Shown piece by piece: positions 30,040-39,180 of a stretch of DNA of 64,000 nt (its first letter is position 1; every line of letters starts with the position of its first letter). Origin of the DNA: a bacterium (GTDB taxonomy: Bacteria; UBA8248); the NCBI GenBank assembly GCA_965261085.1, contig OZ253442.1:1184001-1248000 (forward strand), written 5' to 3'. The translations under genes were made by a program, and so were the position numbers. The notes below the pieces were generated by a model. It saw only the letters and a program-made list of their open reading frames with translations, was not told the origin of the DNA and did not search any database.

Positions 30040-30232
30040 GAATTTGAAGACTCTCAATGCGGAGTGAGAAAATCCTACCCATCCAAGCCGCATCTCTGAG
30101 ATTAGAAATCTTGCCTGCTTAAGGGGTTGCGTGATAGGAAGGTGTGGAGAAGATGACTTGTAAACCGACGGCGGTGGATGCGGACAATGCGTCCCGCTTC
30201 TTTTAGGAACAATGAAACCAGAGGAGCAACCC

Positions 30233-30364
30233 ATGGCGAAAGAACAGAACCCGCCCCCGAGCAGAGCCGGACAGCCTTCGGGAATCAATAAAGGGGTATC
30301 CCGTAAGCCCCCGGTCGCCGGCAAACCTCCTCCTCCCCCCGCTCCACCTCCCAAGAAGAGGTAA
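30233..30364 (+). CDS. 43-aa proline-rich micropeptide ending PPPPPAPPPKKR
   Basis: GAGGAG RBS + ATG; paralogous fragment at 32880-32951 differs mostly at synonymous sites. Confidence 0.7.
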   Translation: MAKEQNPPPSRAGQPSGINKGVSRKPPVAGKPPPPPAPPPKKR

Positions 30365-30450
30365 GGGAGCCCAGGGTTTCGAAGCCGATGGTCGCGTTGA
30401 TGATATCGCGTAAGACGGCCTTGCCGATTATCCAATCTGAACTGCGGATT

Positions 30451-30642
30451 CACTCCCCCCTTGAGGGTCATTTCCGACCGAGAAGGGAGGGAATGTCGCA
30501 GAAGACGAGCCTTTGGCGAAGTCTGATGCGGTGGGGGACGATTCAAATAAAAAAGCTCCCCCCACCGGTTCGCTTTCGGGCTTGCGCCCTTACCTCACCG
30601 TCGGGCTTTCCCCTCGGGAAGCCCGACCTCAAGGGGGGAGTG
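30451..30642. repeat. REP/BIME-like element, inverted copy with inserted hairpins
   Basis: Reverse complement aligns with 29891-30039; single palindrome also at 31482-31502. Confidence 0.8.
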
Positions 30643-30683
30643 AAGAGAGCTTGCGCCACCCGATGCCACAGCTTCGTACTACC

Positions 30684-31289
30684 CTACTTGAACCGCGCCT
30701 CGTTAAGCCGCCTGTAGACCTCCGTCCCTCTGAGCACGGGGTTCTCTTCCGCATAATCCCCTGGCGTTTTACCCGATCTGTCTCTTGCCGACGGATTTGC
30801 TCCTGCATCCAGCAGGGCCTCCACGACCGCCGGAGTCTTGCCCTCCAGCGCCGCCGTGTGCAGGGGCGTTTGTTTGTATTTATCCCGCGCGTTCGGATTG
30901 GCTCCGGCTTTCACCAGCGCCTTCACTATCGCCGGCGATTTGCCGAGCGCTGCGGCAGTGTGCAGGGGAGTCGTTCTTTTATACAAGTTCCGCGCGTTCG
31001 GGTCGGCTCCCGCTTTCACCAACGCCTCCACGACCATCGGATTTTTGCTGTAAGCCGCCGCTGTGTGCAGGGGAGCGTCTCCGTTGAATATGCTCCGCGA
31101 GATCGGGTCGGCTCCCGCCTTCAGGCAACGGGAGACATCCGATTCATCGGCGCGCTCGAAGAACTTCTGCGTGTTCCAGTCGTCACACGAAACTTCCGCC
31201 GCCGCGTCGGACGCCGCGCCCATCGCCACCGCGAGCCACAGGCAGAATCCCGTAAGGAACACTTTGAAAAGTCGGGTAAGTAGAGGCAT
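30684..31289 (-). CDS. Secreted ankyrin-repeat protein
   Basis: Signal peptide, EVSCDDWNT.KFF cap, three PLHTAA...V.ALV.AGA.PNAR repeats. Confidence 0.93.
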   Translation of the reverse strand: MPLLTRLFKVFLTGFCLWLAVAMGAASDAAAEVSCDDWNTQKFFERADESDVSRCLKAGADPISRSIFNGDAPLHTAAAYSKNPMVVEALVKAGADPNARNLYKRTTPLHTAAALGKSPAIVKALVKAGANPNARDKYKQTPLHTAALEGKTPAVVEALLDAGANPSARDRSGKTPGDYAEENPVLRGTEVYRRLNEARFK

Positions 31290-31312
31290 CTCAATTTCTT
31301 CCTTTTCCCCCA

Positions 31313-31374
31313 CCTCTTCCACTTCACGAAATCCAGCCACCACGTCTATCTTACCGCGTTTTTGAGATTAGGCC
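31313..31374 (-). repeat. Duplicate of the 3' end of CDS 34646-35353 (copy C)
   Basis: CTTCCACTTCACGAAATCCAGCCACCACGTCT...GAGATTAGGCC. Confidence 0.85.
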
Positions 31375-31714
31375 TTGTTCGTCATTCCTGAGTATGCCGG
31401 AATCCAGGCGGATGAGGAACGGGCTGTCGATCCCGACAATAGAGGGTAAAACGCGATAGAAGTGGTAGATGCTCCGTAATAACTCCCCCTCATGGGGGGA
31501 GTGAAGAAACCTACCCATCCAAGCCGCAGTTTCGTAGTACCCTCCTTGAACCGTGCGTCATTCAACCGTCGAGGTTTCACTAAGTATCCCCGGTGTGTGC
31601 GAGGTGTTAATCTTATAGTGTGCATTGCTGGGTTGATCCCAGTCTCATCAGAGTATTGCCGAACTGTCTTGAAAACACTCATCCAAAGTGATGAACATCT
31701 AGTAGAGGAGTGAG

Positions 31715-32641
31715 ATGTCTGAATCTGAAACGAGAACTAACGGAGGCGACGAGAGGCTTGAACTAGACGCGCTAAAGGCCAGCATCCTATCGAACGAAAT
31801 TTCAATCTTCGATCTGTTACGTTCTGTGCCAAGTGGTGATTTTTGGGCGTTTGTTCAGTGGAAGCGCTTATTCTACGTCTTGTTGGAAGAACCAAACTTT
31901 CGGCAGCAGTTTGTAGCAGAGTCGCGCTCAATGATGGTTAAGGCAGGTTTCAACCCTGATGATGACGTGATAGGTAAGAACCTTACGAAAAAGGATGCCT
32001 ACCGTCGGTTCTCAAAGCTCGCAAACAAGCGATCCCAAGCGTTCGATACTCAGCCTTCACTTCTAAACGGCGACACTTTTGAAACATGCCTCGCCCAGTA
32101 CAAAACTCTTATCGGATATGTCGAAAAGCTGTGGGCTGAAGCGTGTCAACTTTATAAGCATGGAAATTTTCCACTTGCGACTTTCCTTTCCATACTTGTC
32201 ATTGAGGAGATTGGTAAACTAACGAATCTCGCTCAAGATCTTATTTTGTATGATGTGCCGCGTCCCGCTAAGCAAGTTCATACGGTCGAACGAGATCACC
32301 GAACGAAGCATTTCATAGGCGTTGTATCGGGGGCGCTGATCAACGCCCGACTAGATCGCGTGTTGGGCAAGGATGTTATCCGCAAAATCCTACACTGGGC
32401 CGAAAGCGACGAACTTGAAAAGATCAGGCAAAGCTGCCTCTACATCGATGTGCAAGATGGCCGTGCAGTGATACCACACGAAAGCATCGATGCAGAACGT
32501 GCTCGGGTGTTCACGGTGCTTGCGGGGGAGTTGATAGCGGAAGTTCTAGGCCATTTCCCGTGGGAATTTGAACGCATGCGTGAAAACGCGATCGCTTTCG
32601 AGAGCGCGATAGGTATGCCTGAGAAAAAAATCGCTCCGTAG
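31715..32641 (+). CDS. AbiV-family (HEPN) abortive infection protein
   Basis: FLSILVIEEIGK, DHRTKH, RQSCLYID motifs; lower GC than flanks. Confidence 0.78.
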   Translation: MSESETRTNGGDERLELDALKASILSNEISIFDLLRSVPSGDFWAFVQWKRLFYVLLEEPNFRQQFVAESRSMMVKAGFNPDDDVIGKNLTKKDAYRRFSKLANKRSQAFDTQPSLLNGDTFETCLAQYKTLIGYVEKLWAEACQLYKHGNFPLATFLSILVIEEIGKLTNLAQDLILYDVPRPAKQVHTVERDHRTKHFIGVVSGALINARLDRVLGKDVIRKILHWAESDELEKIRQSCLYIDVQDGRAVIPHESIDAERARVFTVLAGELIAEVLGHFPWEFERMRENAIAFESAIGMPEKKIAP

Positions 32642-32751
32642 TACCAAAAAACCTAGCTGGAGTCTTCTTTGAGGGTTAGCTAGTCAGAGTCGGTTGTGAT
32701 TCTCGTGAGCGACTGATTCGTATAGAAAGAACGACATAAGCTCCCCCTCCC

Positions 32752-32877
32752 CCCCTCTTCCACTTCACAAAATCCAGCCACCACGTCTCTCTTACGGCGT
32801 TCCCCAGATTAGGCCGCATGGCCGCGCTTCGGGGGGTGCCGTAGGCGGCTTCCTCCCAGGCGTCCGTGGTGGGAATG
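32752..32877 (-). repeat. Duplicate of the 3' end of CDS 34646-35353 (copy B)
   Basis: About 126 bp near-identical to 34650-34775. Confidence 0.9.
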
Positions 32878-32879
32878 AC

Positions 32880-32951
32880 GGAGTGTCTTCCAAGCCACCA
32901 GTGGCCAGCAAGCCCCCGCCTCCCCCGCCTCCCCCGCCGAAGAAGAGGTGA
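32880..32951 (+). pseudogene. 5'-truncated paralog of the proline-rich micropeptide
   Basis: GVSSKPPVASKPPPPPPPPPKKR*. Confidence 0.65.
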
Positions 32952-33181
32952 GGCGCTGATTCATGGGTTGGGCGGCTGATACTCAGGGAAGCAGTGCAAG
33001 TGGTGTCGTCGAATGTTTTGCTCAGAACCACGAGGTGGATTTGCTTCAAAAGCGTGTCGAGAATATAAAACATCTATGGCCTTCTGAAAAAGACAACTGC
33101 CACCTTCGTCAAAACATGCAAGGAGGTCAATGAATAGTAAAATGCCGCCGGAAAGTTAGTATTTGACGGGAGCACGCAGGG

Positions 33182-34537
33182 ATGGAAAATCTTCAGGAAC
33201 GCGCAGAACGTTTGGCTGAACAATTTACTGAAAAGGCGCGTAAACCGTTAGTCATCGAGTTTGCAGGAGTTCCCAAAGCGGGTAAGACGACCACGCTGTC
33301 ACATGTGCAGACGTTTCTCAAGCGTTGTGGCTTTCATACTGATGTCGTAGTCGAACGTGCTTCAGTTTGTCCGATTCGCGATAAAAAGCACGCGAATTTC
33401 AACATCTGGACCGCATGTACTACACTCGCTCAGATTTTGGAAAAAACACAAAATCCGCCACGGCCTGGCGACCCGCAGATTCTTTTTCTTGATAGAGGGC
33501 TTTTCGACTCTATCTGTTGGTTGACCATGATGGAACGGCTCTCTCGCTTGCGCTCGGATGAAAAAGCTTGCGTCCAGCAATTCCTCACCATTGATGATTG
33601 GAGGAAGCGTATCTCGGCTGTTTTTGTGATGCTTGTTTCTCCGAAGGACGCGATGAAACGCGAGCAAGGAATAAGGCCTGTGAATGCGAAAGAGGGCTCC
33701 ATAATGAATCTTGAGATCCTTGGGAAGATTAGGGAAGTGAACGAACAATGCGCCAAGCAACTTGAGAGGGATTTTCGGATTTATCGAATCAATACGTCTA
33801 GTGGTGCTGCCGGCCGAGATCAAGAATCTACGGCGGAGACGGTCACCGATGTCATTCTCGGTCTGATAGAAGAACAGCTCGCGGAAAATATACTTTCATG
33901 CTCCAAGGAAACCGTAAAAGAATTCTTTGGGGACAAGAGTTTTGTTGATGCTTCCAAAGCGAATGAACTGGCGCGGTATTACGAAGAATCTGACGATAGC
34001 AATTTCAAGACCAGAGAAGAGGTGGAAAACGATGCTTCTCGCGTCCAGGCGCTTCCCGTGGTGGTTGTTCGGAATGCGGACGGGGATGTACTTCGTCTTC
34101 GCCGACGTGAAAATAGGGGCGATAAGCCCCTTCATGATAAGATCGTGATCTGGGCCGGTGGACATGTTCGATGTGAGGATGCCGTCAACGGCGCTCCACT
34201 TATAAATTGCGCCATACGGGAACTCGGAGAGGAGTTGCGACTCCAACTCGAATCCTCATCGATGAAACTGATTGGTGCCTTGTACTTCGACAATGGTGGA
34301 AGTACTTCGAAGCATGTTGCAATCGTTTATGAATGGCGCGCACTCAAAAACGACGTTTCGGTGGTGCTGAGTAGAACCGAATTCTTTGAGAGGCGCGGAA
34401 CGTCTCTTAGCGGGAGTTTCGCGTCTGTCGATAAACTCGTTGAAGATGTTAAAAACAAAAAACTTATAGAACCTTGGTCTATTGAGTTGGTACGAGAATA
34501 TTTAGCGAAAGATAAATTTGAGCCACGTCTGTTTTGA
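33182..34537 (+). CDS. P-loop nucleotide kinase (dTMP kinase-like)-Nudix hydrolase fusion
   Basis: IEFAGVPKAGKTT, LFLDRGLFDS; C-terminal WAGGHV...CAIRELGEEL, KHVAIVY, EPWS. Confidence 0.8.
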   Translation: MENLQERAERLAEQFTEKARKPLVIEFAGVPKAGKTTTLSHVQTFLKRCGFHTDVVVERASVCPIRDKKHANFNIWTACTTLAQILEKTQNPPRPGDPQILFLDRGLFDSICWLTMMERLSRLRSDEKACVQQFLTIDDWRKRISAVFVMLVSPKDAMKREQGIRPVNAKEGSIMNLEILGKIREVNEQCAKQLERDFRIYRINTSSGAAGRDQESTAETVTDVILGLIEEQLAENILSCSKETVKEFFGDKSFVDASKANELARYYEESDDSNFKTREEVENDASRVQALPVVVVRNADGDVLRLRRRENRGDKPLHDKIVIWAGGHVRCEDAVNGAPLINCAIRELGEELRLQLESSSMKLIGALYFDNGGSTSKHVAIVYEWRALKNDVSVVLSRTEFFERRGTSLSGSFASVDKLVEDVKNKKLIEPWSIELVREYLAKDKFEPRLF

Positions 34538-34645
34538 ACGGTTAATCTCTGTTGTGAGCAGTCGAAGTTGAGTAGACTAAATTGCAATAGTTTCCTGCGC
34601 GCACAATTTGGCGGTTATCGGCAGATTCTTTTTCTCTACCCCCCC

Positions 34646-35353
34646 TCACCCTCGCTTCCACTTCACGAAATCCAGCCACCACGTCTCTCTTACTGCGTTC
34701 TTGAGATTGGGCCGCATGGCGGCGCTTCGGGGGGTGCCGTAGGCGGCTTCCTCCCAGGCGTCCGTGGTGGGGATGGTGGGGTCTTCCATGTCGTAGAGCG
34801 CGATGATGCGGCGCGCGCTCCTCTTCGTCTCCTGTATTTCCGCCTCCGCCGTCGCGCCTCCGGTGGCGGCGGTCTCTAACTGATACACGCGGCCCCGCGT
34901 CATGCCTTGGACCTCATAGAGGCGGTCCAGGTGTTCTTCGCGGTACCAGGCGAGCATCTCCTCTTTTAGCTCCTCGCCCTCGGGGTTGGGGCACACCATG
35001 TAGAGATAGGGCGAGTCGTAGCGGTGCGGCTCGCCGATGGAGACTTCCAGGCTGTACACGGCGCGCTCGGCGTTTTTGATGAAGGCCATGCACTCTTGCG
35101 TCCAGGGGGAGGGGTTGTCCCTCGATTCGCGGTAGTAATCGCTCTCAAACGCCGCGAGGCTGTCCCCCTCGAAGGTGCAGAGAATGTTGTGGTGCGCGCT
35201 GGCGTCCACCGCGTTGTAGCGATAACCCACGCGAAAGCCGGGGCCGTCCATCCTGTCCGTCGAGTGCTCGCAGTTGTGCCACTTTCTGAATTCCTCGTGG
35301 TTCTCGGGGTCGACGTTCAGCCAGATGGCGACGAGCGCCTGGGTCGGGTTCAT
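34646..35353 (-). CDS. Two-domain EthD/DUF4286-like dimeric alpha-beta barrel protein
   Basis: Repeated EF.KWH..EH / ..AWYREEHL motifs. Confidence 0.65.
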   Translation of the reverse strand: MNPTQALVAIWLNVDPENHEEFRKWHNCEHSTDRMDGPGFRVGYRYNAVDASAHHNILCTFEGDSLAAFESDYYRESRDNPSPWTQECMAFIKNAERAVYSLEVSIGEPHRYDSPYLYMVCPNPEGEELKEEMLAWYREEHLDRLYEVQGMTRGRVYQLETAATGGATAEAEIQETKRSARRIIALYDMEDPTIPTTDAWEEAAYGTPRSAAMRPNLKNAVRETWWLDFVKWKRG

Positions 35354-35366
35354 CCCAAAAATCTCC

Positions 35367-36794
35367 TTATTCGATGCCTGCGAGGCGTTTCGCGTAATCG
35401 ATGGCGGGGCCGATATTATGCTCGCGCCAGATGGTCATCTTCTCGGCCTCGATGCTGCCTTCCGCGTGAATCGCCAGCACGGCCTGATAGCCCGCGAAGT
35501 CGGACGCCGTAATCTCCGCAATAAGGTTCATGAGCCTGAGCCGCTCTTCCGTCGAGGCGGAGGGGGCGGCGCCCAGGTATTTGTCGATGAGTTCGGCGAG
35601 TTTTGGGTCGTCCAGGTCCTCCGCACTCGGGCCTGTGACGAGCAGTCCGCCCGCGATGTCCTGCACCCATGCGAGGGCCTGGTGGTAGCCCGTGGCGAAG
35701 TGGAGCTTCGCGATGTTGATAATCTCCGCATTCGGCACGGCGACGCCGTCCGTGACCTTGCATTCCCTGGCGGCCTCGCGCGTCATGCCCCGGCAAATCT
35801 GCGCGTAGGAGATGAGCTTGGCGAGCTTATCCCGCACGTGGCCCGCGCGGAGGATGCCGTTGTACTCCGCCATCAGGTGTGACGCGCCCACGAACAGGTC
35901 CACCAGCGGCAGCTTGTAGCTCACGGCGGTGAAGCGGTGGAACTCAACGAAAGTCTTGGCCAGTGGCCCGGCCATGTCCCCTTCTCCGTTTAGGAACACG
36001 CGCTCCCAGGGGACTTTTACGTTATCGAAAATGGTGAGCGTCTCCATCATCTTGTGTTTGCTTGAAATCGGGTTTTCAAACTCCGTTCCTTTTCTGCCGC
36101 CATACCCGCTGGCCAGCATGGTGAGGCCTGCCGCATTGGCCGGCACGGCGCAGGCCACGGCATACGCCTCATCGCCTTCTCGCATGTTTCTCGTCGGCAG
36201 CACGATTATTTCGTGCGCATTCGTGGAAACGGAGGTGTGCGCCTTGGCCCCGCGCAGGGTGACGCCTTCGTCATCCTGGGCGACGACGCGGACGTAATAA
36301 TCGGGATGCGCCTGATCGCCGGGGCCTTTGCCCCTGTCTCCTTTCACGTCGGTCTGGGCGACGGCGACGGCCAGGTCGTTGTCCCGGCAGTGATCGTGGA
36401 ATTTCTGGACGCGGGGGAGGTAGTCCGTGCCTAAATTCTTATCCATGTAGGAGGCCAGCAGACGTAAGGCGAAGAGCGCGTCGGTTCCGATTTCCTTGAT
36501 GAGTACGACGAGCGTTCCCCCTAAGGCCGTGGCGCGCTCGATGAGGGCGCTGCGCTTTAAGAGATCGTCCGCGCATTCGGGGATGTGGTAGTAGCGCGAG
36601 TAGGGGCCGTTCGGACCTTCGACCAGGGCGAGTTCGGGCTCGTCTTCGGCCATCTCGTAGTCGATGGCGGCGTGATCGACCGCCACGCCGATGACGGGGT
36701 GTGCGGTTACGTCCTCCACCCGCTCGCCCCGGTAATAGACCACGCGGCCATCGCGCAGGCTTTGTTTGTATTCACTCGGACTCATGAGCGGCAT
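35367..36794 (-). CDS. HpaB/AbfD (4-hydroxyphenylacetate 3-hydroxylase) family flavoprotein
   Basis: Y..SLRDGR.VYYRGERV.DV..HP, AQTDVKGDR, LRGAKAHTS, IFDNV.VPWERVF. Confidence 0.85.
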   Translation of the reverse strand: MPLMSPSEYKQSLRDGRVVYYRGERVEDVTAHPVIGVAVDHAAIDYEMAEDEPELALVEGPNGPYSRYYHIPECADDLLKRSALIERATALGGTLVVLIKEIGTDALFALRLLASYMDKNLGTDYLPRVQKFHDHCRDNDLAVAVAQTDVKGDRGKGPGDQAHPDYYVRVVAQDDEGVTLRGAKAHTSVSTNAHEIIVLPTRNMREGDEAYAVACAVPANAAGLTMLASGYGGRKGTEFENPISSKHKMMETLTIFDNVKVPWERVFLNGEGDMAGPLAKTFVEFHRFTAVSYKLPLVDLFVGASHLMAEYNGILRAGHVRDKLAKLISYAQICRGMTREAARECKVTDGVAVPNAEIINIAKLHFATGYHQALAWVQDIAGGLLVTGPSAEDLDDPKLAELIDKYLGAAPSASTEERLRLMNLIAEITASDFAGYQAVLAIHAEGSIEAEKMTIWREHNIGPAIDYAKRLAGIE

Positions 36795-36958
36795 GGCGCT
36801 TTCCTCCCGGTCGTGGCCACACCCTGCGGGCGGGCGTTTTTCATGTTAGAGAGTGGACAGGGTATCTTCTTTCGCGCTTCGGTGAAACGCCGCCCACGGG
36901 GCGTGAGCAAAAAATGAGGGCCGCCCACGCTTTTTTCACGCGGACGGCCCGGCAAACT

Positions 36959-37216
36959 CTACGCTTCGGCGAGTTCGCTCAATTTGCCTTCCTTGTCGTA
37001 GGCCTGGAGCTGGGGAAAGCCGCCGATGACCTCGTCGTCGATGACGATCTGGGGCACCGACTTGCCGCCCGTGCGCGCGAGCATGGCGTCCCATTCGGGC
37101 GTGCCGCCGAACACCAGGTGCTCGGTCCATTCGAGACCGCGCTTTTTCAAGAGATTCTTCGCGGCCAGACAGAAGGTGCAGGGCTGGGTGGTGTAGACCT
37201 CGATTTGTGCTGCCAT
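36959..37216 (-). CDS. grxC: Glutaredoxin (GrxC-like)
   Basis: YTTQPCTFC, SVPQI, IGGF. Confidence 0.85.
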   Translation of the reverse strand: MAAQIEVYTTQPCTFCLAAKNLLKKRGLEWTEHLVFGGTPEWDAMLARTGGKSVPQIVIDDEVIGGFPQLQAYDKEGKLSELAEA

Positions 37217-37429
37217 TTTTCTCTCCATGAAGACGGCATTGATGGGTGAACGGGTTTGCGCCTCTCATGAGACGCCCACTCGTCCATAAAATAACAAAAC
37301 TCCGGGCAATCGTCATCTAAAAGAGAGGTTTTCCTCTCAGGGACCCGGACTCGTTTTCCCCCTTCAAAAATAGGGCGTTCATGAATTTTTGCGAAACGGA
37401 AAACCGGCGTTTTTCGCCGAAGGAAATCG

Positions 37430-37513
37430 TTGACATGTAAGTGAAAAGAATATATATATTTTCTCCTTGTTGTTTAGGAAACATATTTTTGCAATCATCT
37501 TTTGCTAAACAAC
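37430..37513 (+). promoter_or_regulatory. Polyamine operon promoter with candidate operator
   Basis: TTGACA-N17-TATATA; 9-bp inverted repeat GTTGTTTAG (37469) / CTAAACAAC (37505). Confidence 0.5.
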
Positions 37514-37632
37514 CGATTCGACCGCCCGGCTCCCCCTATAAAATACGGAATCGTGCGGCCGAATCCCACGGACGCAAGCAAGCGTCGGTTCGTCCCGGCC
37601 TTTATGAGGCCGGACGCTGGACGGGCGGTGAT

Positions 37633-38232
37633 ATGGCGCAGGATTTGAAAGAGAAATCGAACAGGACCGGCATGAGCCGCTCCGTCGAGAGCCTGTTGCG
37701 CGTGGGCGCGCGCATCCGGGGTCTGCGCCGCTCCCATGGCTTGACGCAGGAAGAACTGGCCCATCGCTCGAACTTGACCAAGGGGTTCATCTCTCAGCTC
37801 GAGCGCGACCTGACCTCACCCTCGCTCGAGAGCTTGCTGGAAATCCTCGAAGCCCTCGACACCGACATCGTCCGCTTCTTTCAGGGCCACCAGGAAGGAC
37901 GCATCGTGTTCGGGGAGGGGGATTCGCGCAACGCGGCGACCTATCCCGAAGTGCGGGCCTTTGAGCTCATGGTGCCCGGGGCGGCGAACCGCAATATGGA
38001 GTCCGCCCTCGTGACGATGGAACCGGGAGAGTCGGTCGAAGAGGAAGCGCACGCGGGCGAGGAGTTCGGGTACGTCTTGAAGGGCAAGGTGCAGGTCGCA
38101 TACGGGGAGAAGCGCGCTACGGCGAAAAGTGGCGAGTGGTTTTATTTCGCCTCCGATAGAAACCACCGGGTGGCGAACCCCTACAAGAAACGGGCGAAGC
38201 TCCTGTGGGTGTCCACGCCGCCTAGTTTTTAA
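37633..38232 (+). CDS. XRE-cupin regulator (PuuR-like)
   Basis: LTQEELA....TKGFISQLERDLTSPS; cupin H.GEEFGYVLKG; STPPSF. Confidence 0.88.
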   Translation: MAQDLKEKSNRTGMSRSVESLLRVGARIRGLRRSHGLTQEELAHRSNLTKGFISQLERDLTSPSLESLLEILEALDTDIVRFFQGHQEGRIVFGEGDSRNAATYPEVRAFELMVPGAANRNMESALVTMEPGESVEEEAHAGEEFGYVLKGKVQVAYGEKRATAKSGEWFYFASDRNHRVANPYKKRAKLLWVSTPPSF

Positions 38233-38266
38233 TCTCGGGAGTTGACGGAATGATTCATCGATTCGT

Positions 38267-38716
38267 GTGGGGAGGAAGCGAAAATTGATTTCTCTGGGCC
38301 GCCACCTGCTGGCGGAATTTTATAATTGTGAATCCGGTGTACTGAACGATCCGGAGCACATCGAGCGGCTGATGAACGAGGCCGCGCGCCTGAGCGGGGC
38401 CACCGTCGTGCAGAGCGTGTTCCACGTCTTCAGCCCCCACGGGGTGAGCGGGGTGGTCGTGGTGGAAGAAAGCCACCTGGCGGTTCATACCTGGCCCGAA
38501 TACGGCTACGCCGCGGTGGATTATTTCTCCTGCGGCGATGTCGACTGCGAAGCGGCGGTGCGCTATCTATCGAGACATCTCGCAGCCTCCCGCGTGGAGA
38601 CGAAAGAGGTGCCGCGCGGCGTCATCGAGGGGCGTATGGCGTCATTGAGTGCGCCGTTCGCCTCGAACGGGGAAGCATCCGTCGCCCTTCGCTCCGGGGA
38701 GGGGGGAGAGCGATGA
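38267..38716 (+). CDS. speD: S-adenosylmethionine decarboxylase proenzyme
   Basis: [35 protein letters not shown]. Confidence 0.93.
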   Translation: MGRKRKLISLGRHLLAEFYNCESGVLNDPEHIERLMNEAARLSGATVVQSVFHVFSPHGVSGVVVVEESHLAVHTWPEYGYAAVDYFSCGDVDCEAAVRYLSRHLAASRVETKEVPRGVIEGRMASLSAPFASNGEASVALRSGEGGER

Positions 38717-39180
38717 TAATCCCCACGCCGAGCAGGTATTTCATGGCCCATGGGTGCGCCGAGGGTATGAGTGAGCTAAACGCCTTCGACGCAGCCCTCA
38801 TGAACGCAGGCGTCGGCAACACGAATCTCGTGCGCATGAGCAGCATCCTCCCGCCCCGCTGTGAGGAGGTGGCCTCAATCGAGCTGCCGCCGGGCGCGCT
38901 GGTGCCCACGGCCTACGCGTCCGTGACTTCCGCTGCGCCGGGCGAGGTGATCACCGCTGCGGTGGCGATCGCCATCCCCGAGGATGAGGACCACCCCGGC
39001 CTCATCATGGAACATCACGCGCACGCCCCCCGCGCGGTGGCCGAGGAGCAGGTGCGGCGCATGGCGGAGGCGGGCATGGCGTTTCGCGGAAAGAAAATCC
39101 GGGAGATCAAGAGCGTCGCCGCCGAGCACGTCGTGCGCGAGACGGGCGCCGCTTTCGCGGGGGTCATCCTGTGGAACTGA
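38713..39180 (+). CDS. pdaD: Pyruvoyl-dependent arginine decarboxylase
   Basis: [24 protein letters not shown]. Confidence 0.92.
   Translation: MIIPTPSRYFMAHGCAEGMSELNAFDAALMNAGVGNTNLVRMSSILPPRCEEVASIELPPGALVPTAYASVTSAAPGEVITAAVAIAIPEDEDHPGLIMEHHAHAPRAVAEEQVRRMAEAGMAFRGKKIREIKSVAAEHVVRETGAAFAGVILWN

Noticed and set aside
31313-34775. Classical integron cassette array
   Set aside because: No IntI gene and no attC (RYYYAAC...GTTRRRY) structures recognised; spacers are gene 3'-end copies
35367-36794. 4-hydroxybutyryl-CoA dehydratase AbfD (carbon fixation marker)
   Set aside because: The CxxxC Fe-S ligand motif of AbfD is not visible at the expected position; only a family-level call is made
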